64,000 nucleotides of DNA from Felis catus (lineage: Eukaryota): assembly GCF_018350175.1 (NCBI RefSeq), contig NC_058383.1, positions 16,184,001 to 16,248,000 on the forward strand. The letters are read 5' to 3'. Positions 50,111 through 64,000 of the stretch are shown one piece after another (positions within the stretch are counted from its first letter, which is position 1; each line of letters begins with the position of its first letter). Position numbers and translations under genes: made by a program. Under the pieces are notes generated by a model. It was not told the origin of the DNA. It worked only from the letters and a program-made list of their open reading frames with translations, and made no database searches.

Positions 50111-51867
50111 GGATGATATGTGAACCTGGGAAGTCAGTCCTCTGAGGTGAGGGATCTGCTTGAACAGGAGCATGATGATGGTAGAAAAAGAGATTATAGA
50201 TAATTAATAGCATACATGTTTAGTATTCATGTATTTTTAAGTTTCCTGTTTAATGGAAACTTCATTCACATCGAGGCTGATGTTAGTTTAGTTTAATACT
50301 CTACTGTCTTACTGGATTCATTAATTTGCCTTCTCTTTCCCCTTCTTACTGGGTCTCCAGTGAAACTCCTGTTTCCTATTTGGTAAGGGTTCCAAACGGG
50401 CTGGCTCTAGTTTGCCAGCCCTTGGCTGAAAAGATTTTTCCCCCGCAGGTCAGCTTTGACCTGGATCATTCTTACAGATGCATTGGTTAGAAATCAGTTA
50501 TGAGGTAGGTTGGCCAGTTCCTTTGAGTCTGTTTTTAGCCGGCATCTATTCTAAATATAGGTTATTTGCATCATCTGTGTGGCCTCATACGATGACATAT
50601 TTGATGGGAGACTGGTCTAGGTGACCTCTAGGATCCCCTTCACCCTCAAGATTCCAGTCCAGTGATTTTCTTAAAAAGTAAAAAACCCACAAAATTCCTT
50701 TTGAAACTCTGTCCCCCATAGATTCTGCAGCACAGTGGTCCTCGGGGCTCTTCCTGTGAGTGAGTCTTGATCTCTTTTCATTTTCCTTCCCAGGCTCCTG
50801 ATCTAACCTTTTCTGTTCCTTGTGGGCTCTGTCCTCAGCCCTCTTCTTTTCTCCTGCTTTCCACTCTCTGGTGACTTTCATCAGGCCATGCCCTCAATTA
50901 CCACCTCTACTCTGGTGACTAACCGATGTGTAGTTTAGCTCTGACCTCTCTGTGGAGGCAAAGGCCTTTCAAGGTTTTCCATTACCTAGATGTTAAAATC
51001 CAAACTCCTTAGCCTGGCTCAGGGCCCCCCTTTGTGCACCACCTGGTAGCTGGACTCCATTGGGAGGCTTCCAGTATGTTATCCATCATCTTTTTTTTTT
51101 TTTTTTTTTTTTTTTTTGAGAGCGAGCTCATGCACGCGAACAGGGGAGAGGGGCAGAGAGAGAGAATCCCAAGCTGAGTGTGAAGCCTAATGCGGGACTT
51201 TATCCCACAATCTTGGGATCATGACCTGAGCTAAAATCAAGTGTCAACCAACACTCAACCGACTGAGCCACCCAGGCACCCCTATCCATCATTCTTTCTC
51301 CTTGCCTTTGCCCCTACTCTCTTCTCTACCATCATTACTTCCTCTTCTTGCCTCTATCTCCCTGCCCCCCATGCCCAGCACACACCAAGCTGATACCCTG
51401 CCCTTTGAGAACCTACTCAGGCCACTTACTCTTCATGATTCAGCTCCAATGACTATGTCCCTTGGAATCCCTATAACATAGGCAAGGTTAAAAGCATTTT
51501 CTCTGTGTGCCCACAGTATCTTATGCACATTTCCACTTTAGCACTTGGCCTTATTGCTATAATTATTAGGGGAAAAAGAGTTGAATATGGTTGAACATCA
51601 AATATATTTATAAGTTGGTATTTCACTAGACTGAGTTCCTGGGAGAAGAGTTTGGTCCCGCTCATTGAGACCTGACATTTAGAAGGTGCTTATTTTGTAC
51701 TAAACAACAAGTAAGTCTGTGTGAGTCCATGTTTATGAGGGATACACCGACTTTGATATGAATCAAAGTATATTGGCATAAATGGGCAAAATTGGATCTT
51801 TTTTATGATTATAAGCCTTAAAGTATATTTATTTTTTTTCTCTTGTAGGAGAACAATTCTTCCAAGG

Positions 51868-52007
51868 ATGGTCTCCCATTCAGAGTTGAGGAAACTTTTC
51901 TGTTCAGCTGATGCAGTATGCTTTGATGTTGATAGCACAGTCATCAGAGAAGAAGGAATTGATGAGCTAGCCAAATTCTGTGGAGTTGAGGATGCTGTGT
52001 CAGAAAT
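51868..52007 (+). CDS. PSPH: PSPH (phosphoserine phosphatase, HAD family) coding exon 1; exon starts at 51849
   Basis: [49 protein letters not shown] motif I DVDST; donor GTAGGA; 140 coding nt. Confidence 0.97.
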
Positions 52008-52697
52008 GTAGGAACAGTATTTATTCACTTTATGAAATGATAAAAAATTGCAAAAGAGAGTGACGTTTCAACAACATGTAGGACCAGAGCCACATTTCTC
52101 TGATTTTTAGTCCCTGGCTATAAATCATGGGCAGTAAGCTGCTTCTTCCATCATTTACAACTGAATTCACTAGTGTACATTATCCAATCATCCATTTATA
52201 CAAATATTTATGGAAAAAGGAAAGTTGCCCCTGACAAATAAATATGGGTGACATGCTCTTAGCTCGGTCAGAGGAACGATGACCATAACTAACCAAAGAA
52301 GATGACGGGGTGGGGGATCACCATGTGTCCAGTGCTTTGTGTCATGGTTGAAAGTGTGGCCTCTGTGGTTTGCTAGAAAGCTAGTTTTGGTTCAGAGTCT
52401 CTCAGTTTATGCCTGCAGTATTATTGCTGCCTACAGTCACCAGGTCACAGACCATTTCATGTTCAGCTGCATTTGATGTGAGACATGGCTGCAAAATCTT
52501 AGTATGATTCTCAAACAAACCTTCCATATGTTTATTCCCAGGCCTCGCTCTCACGGCATCGTAGCATGCGTGTTGTATGGTGGAGCTCTCGGTAGCACCT
52601 TCCTCCTGGGTGGACTTTGGAGGAGCTGGGGAGGTTGGGCATGTAAACTCTGGGGACATCTGACTTATCTGGCCTGACTGTTGGGTCTTCCTCCTAG

Positions 52698-52832
52698 GAC
52701 ACGGCGAGCCATGGGTGGGGCAGTGCCTTTCAAGGCTGCCCTCACAGAGCGCTTAGCGCTGATCCAGCCCTCCAGGGAACAGGTACAAAGGCTCATAGCA
52801 GAGCACCCCCCCCACCTGACTCCTGGCATAAG
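52698..52832 (+). CDS. PSPH: PSPH coding exon 2
   Basis: TRRAMGGAVPFKAALTERLALIQPSREQVQRLIAEHPPHLTPGI; TAG/GTAAGA; 135 nt. Confidence 0.97.
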
Positions 52833-52972
52833 GTAAGAGGAGCCCTGGTCTGGGTTCTGTCAGCACCTGTGTTTGGGGGCATGTCCTCTTGAGAGTCTCT
52901 CACCATTGCTCTAGTGCTCCTTTCTGTCTTGTTCTTTCAGCTCTTGCCTGTGGTCTTGTCTGGCTGATTGGC

Positions 52973-53009
52973 TCTGCCCACGTCTGCCCACGTCTGCCCA
53001 CGTCTGCCC
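52973..53009. repeat. 10-bp tandem repeat (TCTGCCCACG) x3.7
   Basis: Directly visible. Confidence 0.9.
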
Positions 53010-53302
53010 TTTCTTGCTCCCTAGGGAGACCCTAAGCTTCCTCTTCATTTTGCGTTTCTAGGTTCATGGGCTGAGGAGACTTGTGGGATGGTTTCCTAAG
53101 CAGTCCAGCCCTACCTATTAATTTCTAAGTGCATTCAGAAAAACATTCATAAAACATTATAATTCACCAGGTGATATACCTTATGTGATGTATTTGGGCA
53201 GATGCATTTGGGAGAAAAATATGTTTTTTAGTTTTCTCCTCATGTTTCATGTTTTTTCTTTTATATAATCAGGGTCTGGTATATTATATTTCTTTTTTGC
53301 AG

Positions 53303-53448
53303 GGAGCTGGTAAGTCGCCTGCAAGAGCGAAATGTTCAGGTTTTCCTAATATCTGGTGGCTTTAGGAGCATTGTGGAGCATGTTGCTTCCAAGCTCAATA
53401 TCCCATCAACCAACGTATTTGCCAATAGGCTGAAATTCTACTTCAATG
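53303..53448 (+). CDS. PSPH: PSPH coding exon 3
   Basis: ELVSRLQERNVQVFLISGGFRSIVEHVASKLNIPSTNVFANRLKFYFN; HAD motif II SGGF; CAG/GTAAGA; 146 nt. Confidence 0.97.
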
Positions 53449-53502
53449 GTAAGACTTTAATGGTGTCATTTCCCTTTCTCATCAGTTTTAGTATCCAGTA
53501 TC

Positions 53503-55624
<2,122 letters not shown>

Positions 55625-56679
55625 TAGTATCCAGTATCTTATGTAGTGTCTGTTGGGATGCAACTTAAGCAAGGTGGCATCAGAGTTAAATACTGAGGCA
55701 AAGGATACTCTTGACTGAGGTCTTTTGCTCCGTGCAAAACAGACGGGCCATCATCTCTGCTAGCTTTAGTGTCCATATAATCATCTCTCTGTATATAAAT
55801 GTCTGCACATTGATTCCCACATGACTTACTCTGTCTCGCATTATATTTCAGTTTTATGAGAGCTCTCATGTATTCAAATCAATCATAGGCTAAGGAAGGA
55901 GAGTTTGCTAGTGAGTCACTGCACTGTTGCTGCCTTGATGGGAAGGGGCAGAGAGGGAGGGAGAGGCAGAGAGAACCCTAAGCAGGCTCTAACGTGGGGC
56001 TCGATCCCAGAACCCTGAGATCATGACCTGGGACAAAATCAAGAGTTAGACGCTTAACTGACTGAGCCACCGAGGCACCCCTCTGTCGCTCCTTTGAAAG
56101 TGCCTCCTGGCCCTTCTGTGTACCATCACAGCTGCAGCTGTAGTTTTCCATCATCGCATAATGTCTCTAGTTATGTCAAGGACTGGCTGACATCCTTAAA
56201 ACCAAATAATATTAATTTAAAAATTTTAGATGTGTTAATAAAACATTTTGGATGGGTCTGAAGAGAGAGGGAGTGTGCTAATTACTGTAAGAAATAAAAT
56301 CGATCAAATATAAGTTGGAATTGCCTCTTAGATGAAATTATATATTAACTTTTAAACATTTTAATATATTATCATTTCATGATGTTCTGCCATGTCAGCA
56401 AGGTTTGAGAATTACAACTATGAAAGCTTAGAGGATAAAACTGATTTACCCCAAGGCATTAATGATTTAAAGGAGTTACCTCAACAAGAAGTATTTGCAA
56501 GTGAGAAACAAAGTTGTTTATGTGGGGCTGTGGTGTAGAAATCCAGGCCGGGTCACTTCACTGAGGGCCATTTTTAGCTTTCTCAGTGACATTTAAGTGA
56601 GGGTATCATCTATGCAAAAAGCTGGCCCTACTGATAGAATTCTGTGGATCATTAACACTGTTGTAACTGCTCTTTTAAG

Positions 56680-56828
56680 GTGAATATGCAGGTTTTGATG
56701 AGATGCAGCCAACAGCCGAATCTGGTGGGAAAGGAAAAGTTATTAAACTTTTAAAGGAAAAATTTCATTTTAAGAAAATTATCATGATTGGAGACGGAGC
56801 CACAGACATGGAAGCCTGTCCTCCTGCT
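56680..56828 (+). CDS. PSPH: PSPH coding exon 4
   Basis: EYAGFDEMQPTAESGGKGKVIKLLKEKFHFKKIIMIGDGATDMEACPPA; motif GDGATD; AAG/GTAGGT; 149 nt. Confidence 0.97.
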
Positions 56829-59019
56829 GTAGGTATTAAGTGTACTAGTTTTCTCTGGTTGTGGTTCTGTTTTAAACAGCTGATTTAGAACTTGGTATGA
56901 TTGCTTAGGTGAGATAAGAGAGAAGAACATCCAGGTGTCATTGTAAAACAACCAAAACAATTAAGACACCTTCAGTCTCAATATGTCAACTGACTTTTTG
57001 CAAAACTGAAAAAAACCATCTAGAACTTTACCACCCTGTTCCTGTGGTATGGCTGCCACCTCTTAGCCCCAGTGTGTGCTCAAGGTTTGGCTTCGATTCC
57101 CCAAATAATACCACAAATAATAATTCAGGTCTTATAACTGTAATCAAAAATTTACTGTCTTTTTATATTTGACGAACTATTTCCTCATACAGTATCTTCT
57201 CCTTTTTACTGAGTAGGGAACTGAGGCTGGTGGAGGTTTGATAACGTGCCTGTATTAAAGCATTTTATTCTTCTGAATGAATGTTGTTTTCTGAGACTAG
57301 GAAACATGCTATACAGCAATGTGTCACTTTCATGCAGGACTTTGCCCTTATCAGCTCATACTAAATTAAGAAAACCTGAACCAAAAATGTAGTGGTGAGC
57401 TTTTTACTACCTAGTTTCCTGAGATCTAAAAATAGTTGTCTTTGTAAATGATTAACCCAAAGTGGTTAAAGAATCTTTGGATCCTTTTAACTTACTTGAG
57501 TCAATTCAAGATAAGAAGATGTCTTCAGATGATTTACAATCAAGGCTGAGGTTGACTAAGTCACGAATGCTGGACTAGTCCAATGAGGAGTATGTAGAAG
57601 TCACATATGCCCAGTTCTATCAGGGAGCTCCCCCTCCTGATGTCAAGAGGTGACAAAATTATAATTCCAGAGGACCCTTCCAGTCATTGGAAGATGACAC
57701 GGCCTGACCGAGCCGAGGGAAAGTGTGTGCTGGCAGACGTGGTCAGAGGAATGTGTGATTTGAAGGAAGGGCAACAGCCACCATGTGCAGGCCTGGAAGG
57801 ACCCAAGGGAGAAGTGACCAGGCGGGGGGCAGGAGGCAGGGAGGCAGCAGAGCAGAGTGGGGATGTTCTAGGCACAGACCTGGGCTGGTCAGTGCACAAG
57901 AACTGGCAAGAATGGGCTTTCTCTTCAGCAACCGCTGAAGACTTTATGTGTCAGGCACTTTGGTGTCCCTGTGAGGTCATGGGAAGCCCTGGAAGGCTGC
58001 TGGACAGAGAGGGAATTGAGTTGGTGTGTTAGGACCCTGAGCGGGTGCTGGCATGCAGAAAGGAGGCTCAGTTAGGAGGCTACACTTAACTGGAAGGTAA
58101 GAATCTCATTATGTTTCCCTCCTTATGTGGTATGAAAACAAAAATGAAGAGAAAAGGCAAGTGAAAGAATTTTCAACTTCCAAATTATGTATGTAGTGTC
58201 TATATCCTGGTGGAAAAAGAGAAAATACTATGTTTTTAAATTTTTATTTATTATTTGAGAGAGACAAAGTGAGTGGGAAGGGAAAGACAGGGAGAGAGAA
58301 TCCCAAGCAGGCTCCACGCTGCCAGCGCAGAGCCTGATGCGGGGCTGGAACCCACGAAACTGTGAGATCGTGACCTGAGCTGAAACCAAGAGTCTGGTGC
58401 TTAACTGATTGAGCCACCCAAGTGCCCTGAGAAAATACTATTTTAAAAATGACTACAAGAAGGTGTCACTTGTTAGAAATTAAGGAAACAACATAACCTT
58501 CAATAATTTTAATGATGGAAAGTGGAGTGCTGGCAGCAGATCCTGGGACTGTCATCTGCTTCATCCCAGAATAACACCCTCCCTGGGAGGGAGGTCTGTC
58601 AGGTTCACGCAGGGCACCTGTCAGGAGGCACCTGCTCTAGTCCTGATTCTAGGCCAGTGGGATCTCCACTGCACTACAGGCTTCTCTTTATTCTTCCCTC
58701 TTTGAGATTGCCCGGCCTAGTTGTGAATGCATCTAGTTTAGAACTCAGATGGGATTTTACCTTTGTAAGCAATTGTATTGGTTTTTAGAGGGCTTCAGTT
58801 CTCCTGGAAGCCTGCAGTGTCCCCTGGCCTGATTGGACTGACAGCGGTGTTGCACTGACTCATTCAAGGACGCTCCCAGGGAACTGGGGAGGCACCCCCT
58901 TGAGGCTAGGCTTAACCTCTCTTTGCAGAACAGTTCATTCTTTTCAAACACTTACTGCCCTAGGGTGCCGCTATATCTTTTTTTATTTTTTTTAACTCTC
59001 CTTTTTTCCCCTTTCTTAG

Positions 59020-59127
59020 GATGTTTTCATTGGATTTGGAGGAAATGTGATCAGACAACAAGTAAAAGACAACGCTGAATGGTACATCACTGATTTTGTA
59101 GAGCTTTTAGGAGAACTTGAAGAATAA
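59020..59127 (+). CDS. PSPH: PSPH last coding exon
   Basis: DVFIGFGGNVIRQQVKDNAEWYITDFVELLGELEE*; TAG acceptor; total CDS 678 nt = 225 aa + stop. Confidence 0.97.
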   Translation, partial: DVFIGFGGNVIRQQVKDNAEWYITDFVELLGELEE

Positions 59128-59397
59128 TATCAATTTTTATACAGTTTGTAACAACTTCTGTTAATTTTTAAAAGTTATACAGTTTGATACCGTTTGCCTA
59201 AAATTGCCTATTACAACTTAATGTATAGATTTGGTACTCATTATCTGTACTTTAAGTAAACTATGGAAAACTGCTTTTTTTAACTGCAGTCCTAGTGTTA
59301 TTATGACCATTAATTACCTGGATAGTTTTATAATCTTAATTCTTTATGTATTTTCCTATCTGTATTTTATTTGAAGCCTTTTAAAGGTGGATAGTAA

Positions 59398-59476
59398 ATT
59401 AAACACCGTCACTGTTGGAAATATGGGTTAGGCAGCTTTAGGTGACTATTGGTTTTCCCTGTAGTAGGTAAATAAA
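59398..59476 (+). terminator. Candidate PSPH polyadenylation signals
   Basis: ATTAAA 59398-59403 and AATAAA 59471-59476, the latter followed by GT-rich sequence. Confidence 0.55.
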
Positions 59477-59756
59477 AGTTATCCATGTATCAGAACAGAT
59501 TTGTGGCATTGTCCATTCTGCCTGTGATGTATTTCAGTATCTAATATTTCAAGCACCTTTACGTTTTTTGGTAGAAACAACAGCCAGGCAAGGAACCAAG
59601 GGGTTGGAGACTCCGCTGATCACAGGGCATAGTGCTTGTCACCACTCAGCCCCCACCAGCCCTCCCACTGGGCAGAGGGCTGGATGTGCTTTTATTAGCT
59701 CTTGGAATTTGTCAAACAGGGAATGTTACAGAGGCTTAAAAGAAAATAGAGCCTTG

Positions 59757-60650
59757 GAGCGCCTGGGTGGCTCAGTTGGTTAAGCTTCCGACTTCCTCCG
59801 ACTCACGTCATGATCTCATGGTTTGTGAGTTCAAGCCCCACATCGGGCTCTGTGATGACAGCTCGGAGCCTGGAGCCTGCTTCGGATTCTGTGTCTCATT
59901 CTCTCTCTGCCCCTCCCGCACTTGTGCTCTCTCTCTCTCTCTGTCTCTCAAAAGCAAATAAATGTAAAAAATAAAATTAAAAAAAAAATGGAGCCTTGGA
60001 GCGCCTGGGTGGCTCAGTTGGTTAAGCCTCTGACACTTGTTTTTGGCTCAGGACATGATCTCACAGTTGTGGGATTGAGCTCTCCTTTGGGCTCTGTGCC
60101 TGGCGTGGAGCCTGCTGAAGATTCTCTCTCCTCTGCCCCTCTCCTGCTCACTTGTGTGTGTGCTCTCTCTGTCTCAAAAAAAAAAAAAAAAAAAAAAAGC
60201 CTTAAACAAAAGTAGTGACCTTAAAAAATGGATATTTGATCATCGCATGAAATAAAAGAAGTAATTACACATTTTACTCATTCCAAATGAAGATCAGAGT
60301 TTTGCCTTAAATAAATTAAGAAATGCCTCCTAATAGCCTATATGCACCATTTCTTTCTTAACAGATGACTTGGAAAGACGTGAAAGCCAGGTTTGCGTTT
60401 ATTCTGGGCAGTACCAAGAAAGAGACATTTCAGAACATGCTTTGAAATTATGTGGTTATTGGGGAACCTGGGTGGCTCAGTTGGTTACACATCTGACTCT
60501 GGATTTCGGCTCAGGTCGTGATCTCACGGATCATGGGATCAAGCCCAGCATCGGGTTCTGTGCGGATGGTGTGGAGCCTGCTTGGGATTCTCTTGCCCTC
60601 TCTCTCTCTCTCTGCCTCTCCCCACCCATCAAAATAGATAAACATTAAAA
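59757..60650 (+). mobile_element. Three + Can-SINEs downstream of the PSPH stop (59757-59988, 59997-60198, 60461-60650)
   Basis: Canonical heads and A tails. Confidence 0.85.
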
Positions 60651-62193
60651 ACAATAGTATGTGGTTATATACCCTCCCTGGTTGAAAATTGGGAGAGGAT
60701 AAAGAGGTTTAGGAAGAAGCATGCAGTGGATAATGAAATAGAAAAGGCCAGAATGGTTTAATATAGGAAATTATATGAGAAAAAATTTTTATTTCAAAAC
60801 AATAATTTAAATTTATTTGGCCAAATAATCAGATATTATTTAGCCAAATAGTCAAGTCAGATGAATCGAATTTCCTTCCAGATCCAAGTTGCCCCGGGAG
60901 AGATGTGAAGTAGGTTGGGCAACATTTACATGAGACTCCAGACAACGAGGCGGTTGTTCGGTCGCGGTTGCTGGCTGGCAGCTCTCCTGGAAGCCGTTTT
61001 GTGGGACTTGCACTTGCACTGAGCTCCGGGCAGGACTGGGCGTGCCAGGGCTGGCGTGCCAGGGCTGGCGGTGCTGCAAACTGCCGCCAGCAGTGTGCGT
61101 GAGCTGCAGAGCCGTCCTCGGGGAGGTGGAGGACTGAAGCCCCTGCTGCTTCTACCTGCCAGGCTGCCAGAGCCCGCCTTCCACAGGGCGGTGGCCTGAA
61201 CAGGATGTGCACACTGGATTTGGCTCAGGGGAGTCTTCTGGGCTGAGAAATCTACCCACATAGAACCTTTTAGACCAATTGCACAAGCCCCCGGGCCCCC
61301 AGGCTGCCCAGCTCTCAGCAAGCTGCACAGAAGCAGCACACACAATCCCTTCTTTGTTGTGTTGGGGTGAGCCTGAAATGATGCAAGAACTGCCCTAATC
61401 TCTTCCTTGCTTTTTGAATTCTGGATTTGCTGGAAACAGCCACAGAGTGGCTCTCCCAGGAGCTATGTACGTGGTTGTGGTAGGACAGGAGTCAGTGTTG
61501 GCAGTGCGATGTGGCCTTCTATCCTTGTGATGCCATTTTTCATTCTGATGCACACTGCTTATGTAAACAAAAATAGTTAAGAACTGGGGTCATGAAGTTA
61601 AGAATTGAAATTTTTCATGGTATTAAATTGAAACAGGAGAAGTCCCTCAAAGCTTTTATATGCCTAAAAAGGAGATATCCCAAGGCCTTTATCTCCTATC
61701 CCACCCCCTTCTCTGGTTTGCTGCTATGATTCTCTCTTCTGGAGACAAGTGTTTCTTCCTGCCCAGCCGGCTGCCATTCGCAAGAGTCGGGGAGGGCATT
61801 CTAGGCCTGGGGCTGGAAGATTCTGGAGATTCAGACCTCGGGTAGGAAGCTTCCGGAGAGTCAGGTGGTCTGCCTCAGCAAATGTTGGCACAAGCATGAT
61901 GGCTTTTGCCTCTGTGGCCCTCAGAATTATGATTGGATGCGGGAAATGTGGGGAGTGATCTGACCACACGTCACACTGCTCATTTTCACATTTCCAAGGT
62001 GTTTGCACATGTTTCCTCTTGTGATTCTCACATCCCTGAGGTCAGCAGTATAGATATCGCTGTCCTCTTTTTAACAGGGGACAGCAAGCTCACAAGAGTT
62101 GATGACTGCTACAGGGTCACATTCAGAGCTGGAGCTCAGGCCAGTGATTTCCACAGTGTTCCTTATATTATGCATTGCTAGAGAGTTAACAAT

Positions 62194-63995
62194 TGGACGC
62201 CTGGGTGGCTCAGTCAGCTAAGCGTCCGACCTCGGCTCAGGTCGTGATCTCGAGGTTCATGAGTTTGAGTTCCACATTGGGCTGTCTGCTCTCAGCACAG
62301 AGCTTGCTTTGGATCCTCTGTCTCCCTCTCTCTGCCCCTTCCCCGCTAATGTGAGCTCTCTCTCTCACACACAAAAATAAACATTTAAGAGAGTTAACAA
62401 CTTACTGGGGCCAGGACAATCTACTGTAAGCTAATACTTAACACTCTGATCACAAATGTTAATGTATATTAATACAGAAGATGAAATTTTATTCCCTAGA
62501 ATGTAAGATGTGTTTTACAAAATGTTCAAGTGGTTTCGTTTTTAATGGTCACTGAACTCTGCAAAGTACTAGTTTTAGTATTAATTCATAGAGGACTGTT
62601 CAGTACTTTGCTGATCAGTTTCCAACTCTGAACATATTTCTATATATGTTTATTATTTTCCTTTTGAATTGTTTTACTGAGTTTGCCTAAGCACATCATC
62701 TTAACTCCCAGGATTCCTAACACTTGCATCAGAAATAGTATGAATTAAGACATTGCCCTGCTTTGAGGGGCACACATATGTATACACACATATGTATATA
62801 TTTTTGCCCCATGAATTTTTTTAATGTTTATTTTTGAGAGAGAGAGAGGGAGAAGGCGAACATGGGGGAAGGACAGAGAGAAAGAGGGAGGCAGAGAATC
62901 CAAAGCAGGCTCTGAGCTGTCAGTGCAGAGCATGATGCAGGGCTTAAACTCACAAACCACAAGATCATGACCTGAGCCAAAGTTGATGCTCAACCAACGG
63001 AGCCACTGAAGCACCCTGCCCCGTGTGTTTTCTAATTGAAACTGACAGTCTCCATACTTTCTCTTTTCCTACCTTCCCTTTCTCCCTCTCCCCATTTACT
63101 TCCCCCTTTGCTTCCTTCTATCCATTCATCAAGCATGTTATTGAACATCTATGTTCCAGCCAGAAACTGAAGGCATACATTTAATAATTATTCAAGACTG
63201 AAGAAAAGTCTCCTTCACAGGCAGCCGTGAGAATAAGGGGAAAAGAAGCAGGTTCTCTCAAGTGCTGGTTTGGAGGAGAGCAAAGTGTGGGTCTGAGAAG
63301 GCTTTTAAAAAGGATGATGGGGGGGGGGGCGCCTGGGTGGCTCAGTCGGTTAAGTGTCCGACTTCGGCTCAGGTCATGATCTCACGGTCCATGAGTTCCA
63401 GCCCCGCGTCGGGCTCTGTGCTGACCGCTCAGAGCCTGGAGCCTGTTTCAGATTCTGTGTCTCCCTCTCTCTCTGACCCTCCCCCGTTTATGCTCTTTCT
63501 CTGTCTCAAAAATAAATAAATGTTAAAAAAAAAAAAGGATGATGGGGTGCCTGGGTGGCTCAGTTGGTTGAGTGTCCCAACTCTTGATTTCAGCTCAGGT
63601 CACGATCCCAGTGGGATTGAGCCCTGCCTCAGGCTCTGCACTGAGTGTGGAGTCTGGGATTCTCTCTCCCTCTCTCTCTGCCCTGTTCCCCCGCTTGTGC
63701 TCTCTAAAAAATAAAAAAATAAATTTTAAAAAGGAGTAGGGATGATATCACATGAATGGTAATTAAAAATGAGTTGGCATGGAGGCGCCTGGATGGCTCA
63801 GTCAGTTGTCTGACTTTGGCTCAGGTCATGATCTCACAGTTTGTGAGTTCAAGCCCCACGTCGGGCTCTGTGCTAACAGCTCAGAACCTGGAGCCTGCTT
63901 TGGATTTTGTGTTTCACTCTGCCCACCTCCCCCCCCCCCCCCCCCGCCCCACTCATGCTCTCTCTGTCTCTCTCAAATATAAACATTTAAAAAAA
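62194..63995. mobile_element. Can-SINE cluster (62194-62385 +, 62815-63016 -, 63325-63536 +, 63544-63720 +, 63781-63995 +)
   Basis: Canonical heads and tails; TSD AAAAAGGATGAT around the 63325 copy. Confidence 0.85.
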
Positions 63996-64000
63996 GTGAG

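Noticed and set aside
57607..58032. 141-aa ORF in the last PSPH intron
   Set aside because: No recognisable domain; purine-rich sequence resembling decayed L2

Overview
Mammalian (carnivore, felid-type SINEs) genomic DNA from the CCT6A-PSPH locus. Minus strand: CCT6A coding exons 1-11 (ATG at 8063; the gene runs off the left edge), hosting H/ACA snoRNAs SNORA22 (intron 3) and SNORA15 (intron 10). Plus strand: the complete PSPH CDS (5 coding exons, 678 nt, 225 aa), two internal 5'UTR exons, its own CpG island near 39.4-40.0 kb, and a probable distal first exon at the CCT6A CpG island. The ~31 kb between the islands is mostly repeats: Can-SINEs, two L1 remnants, an MLT2/ERVL relic, MER21-like and MLT1 LTRs, and a solo ERV1-type LTR nested in L1. 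The most notable item is a near-full-length CDC42 retrocopy, antisense in a PSPH intron, with perfect TSDs and an intact 191-aa ORF carrying G12D/T58P/G60E. Other candidates: an 85-nt poison exon in CCT6A intron 8, a third H/ACA-like RNA in CCT6A intron 4, an ATF4-type CARE and uORFs at the PSPH 5' end. Gene, snoRNA and repeat names come from my recognition of the sequences, not from a database search; repeat boundaries without TSDs are approximate.
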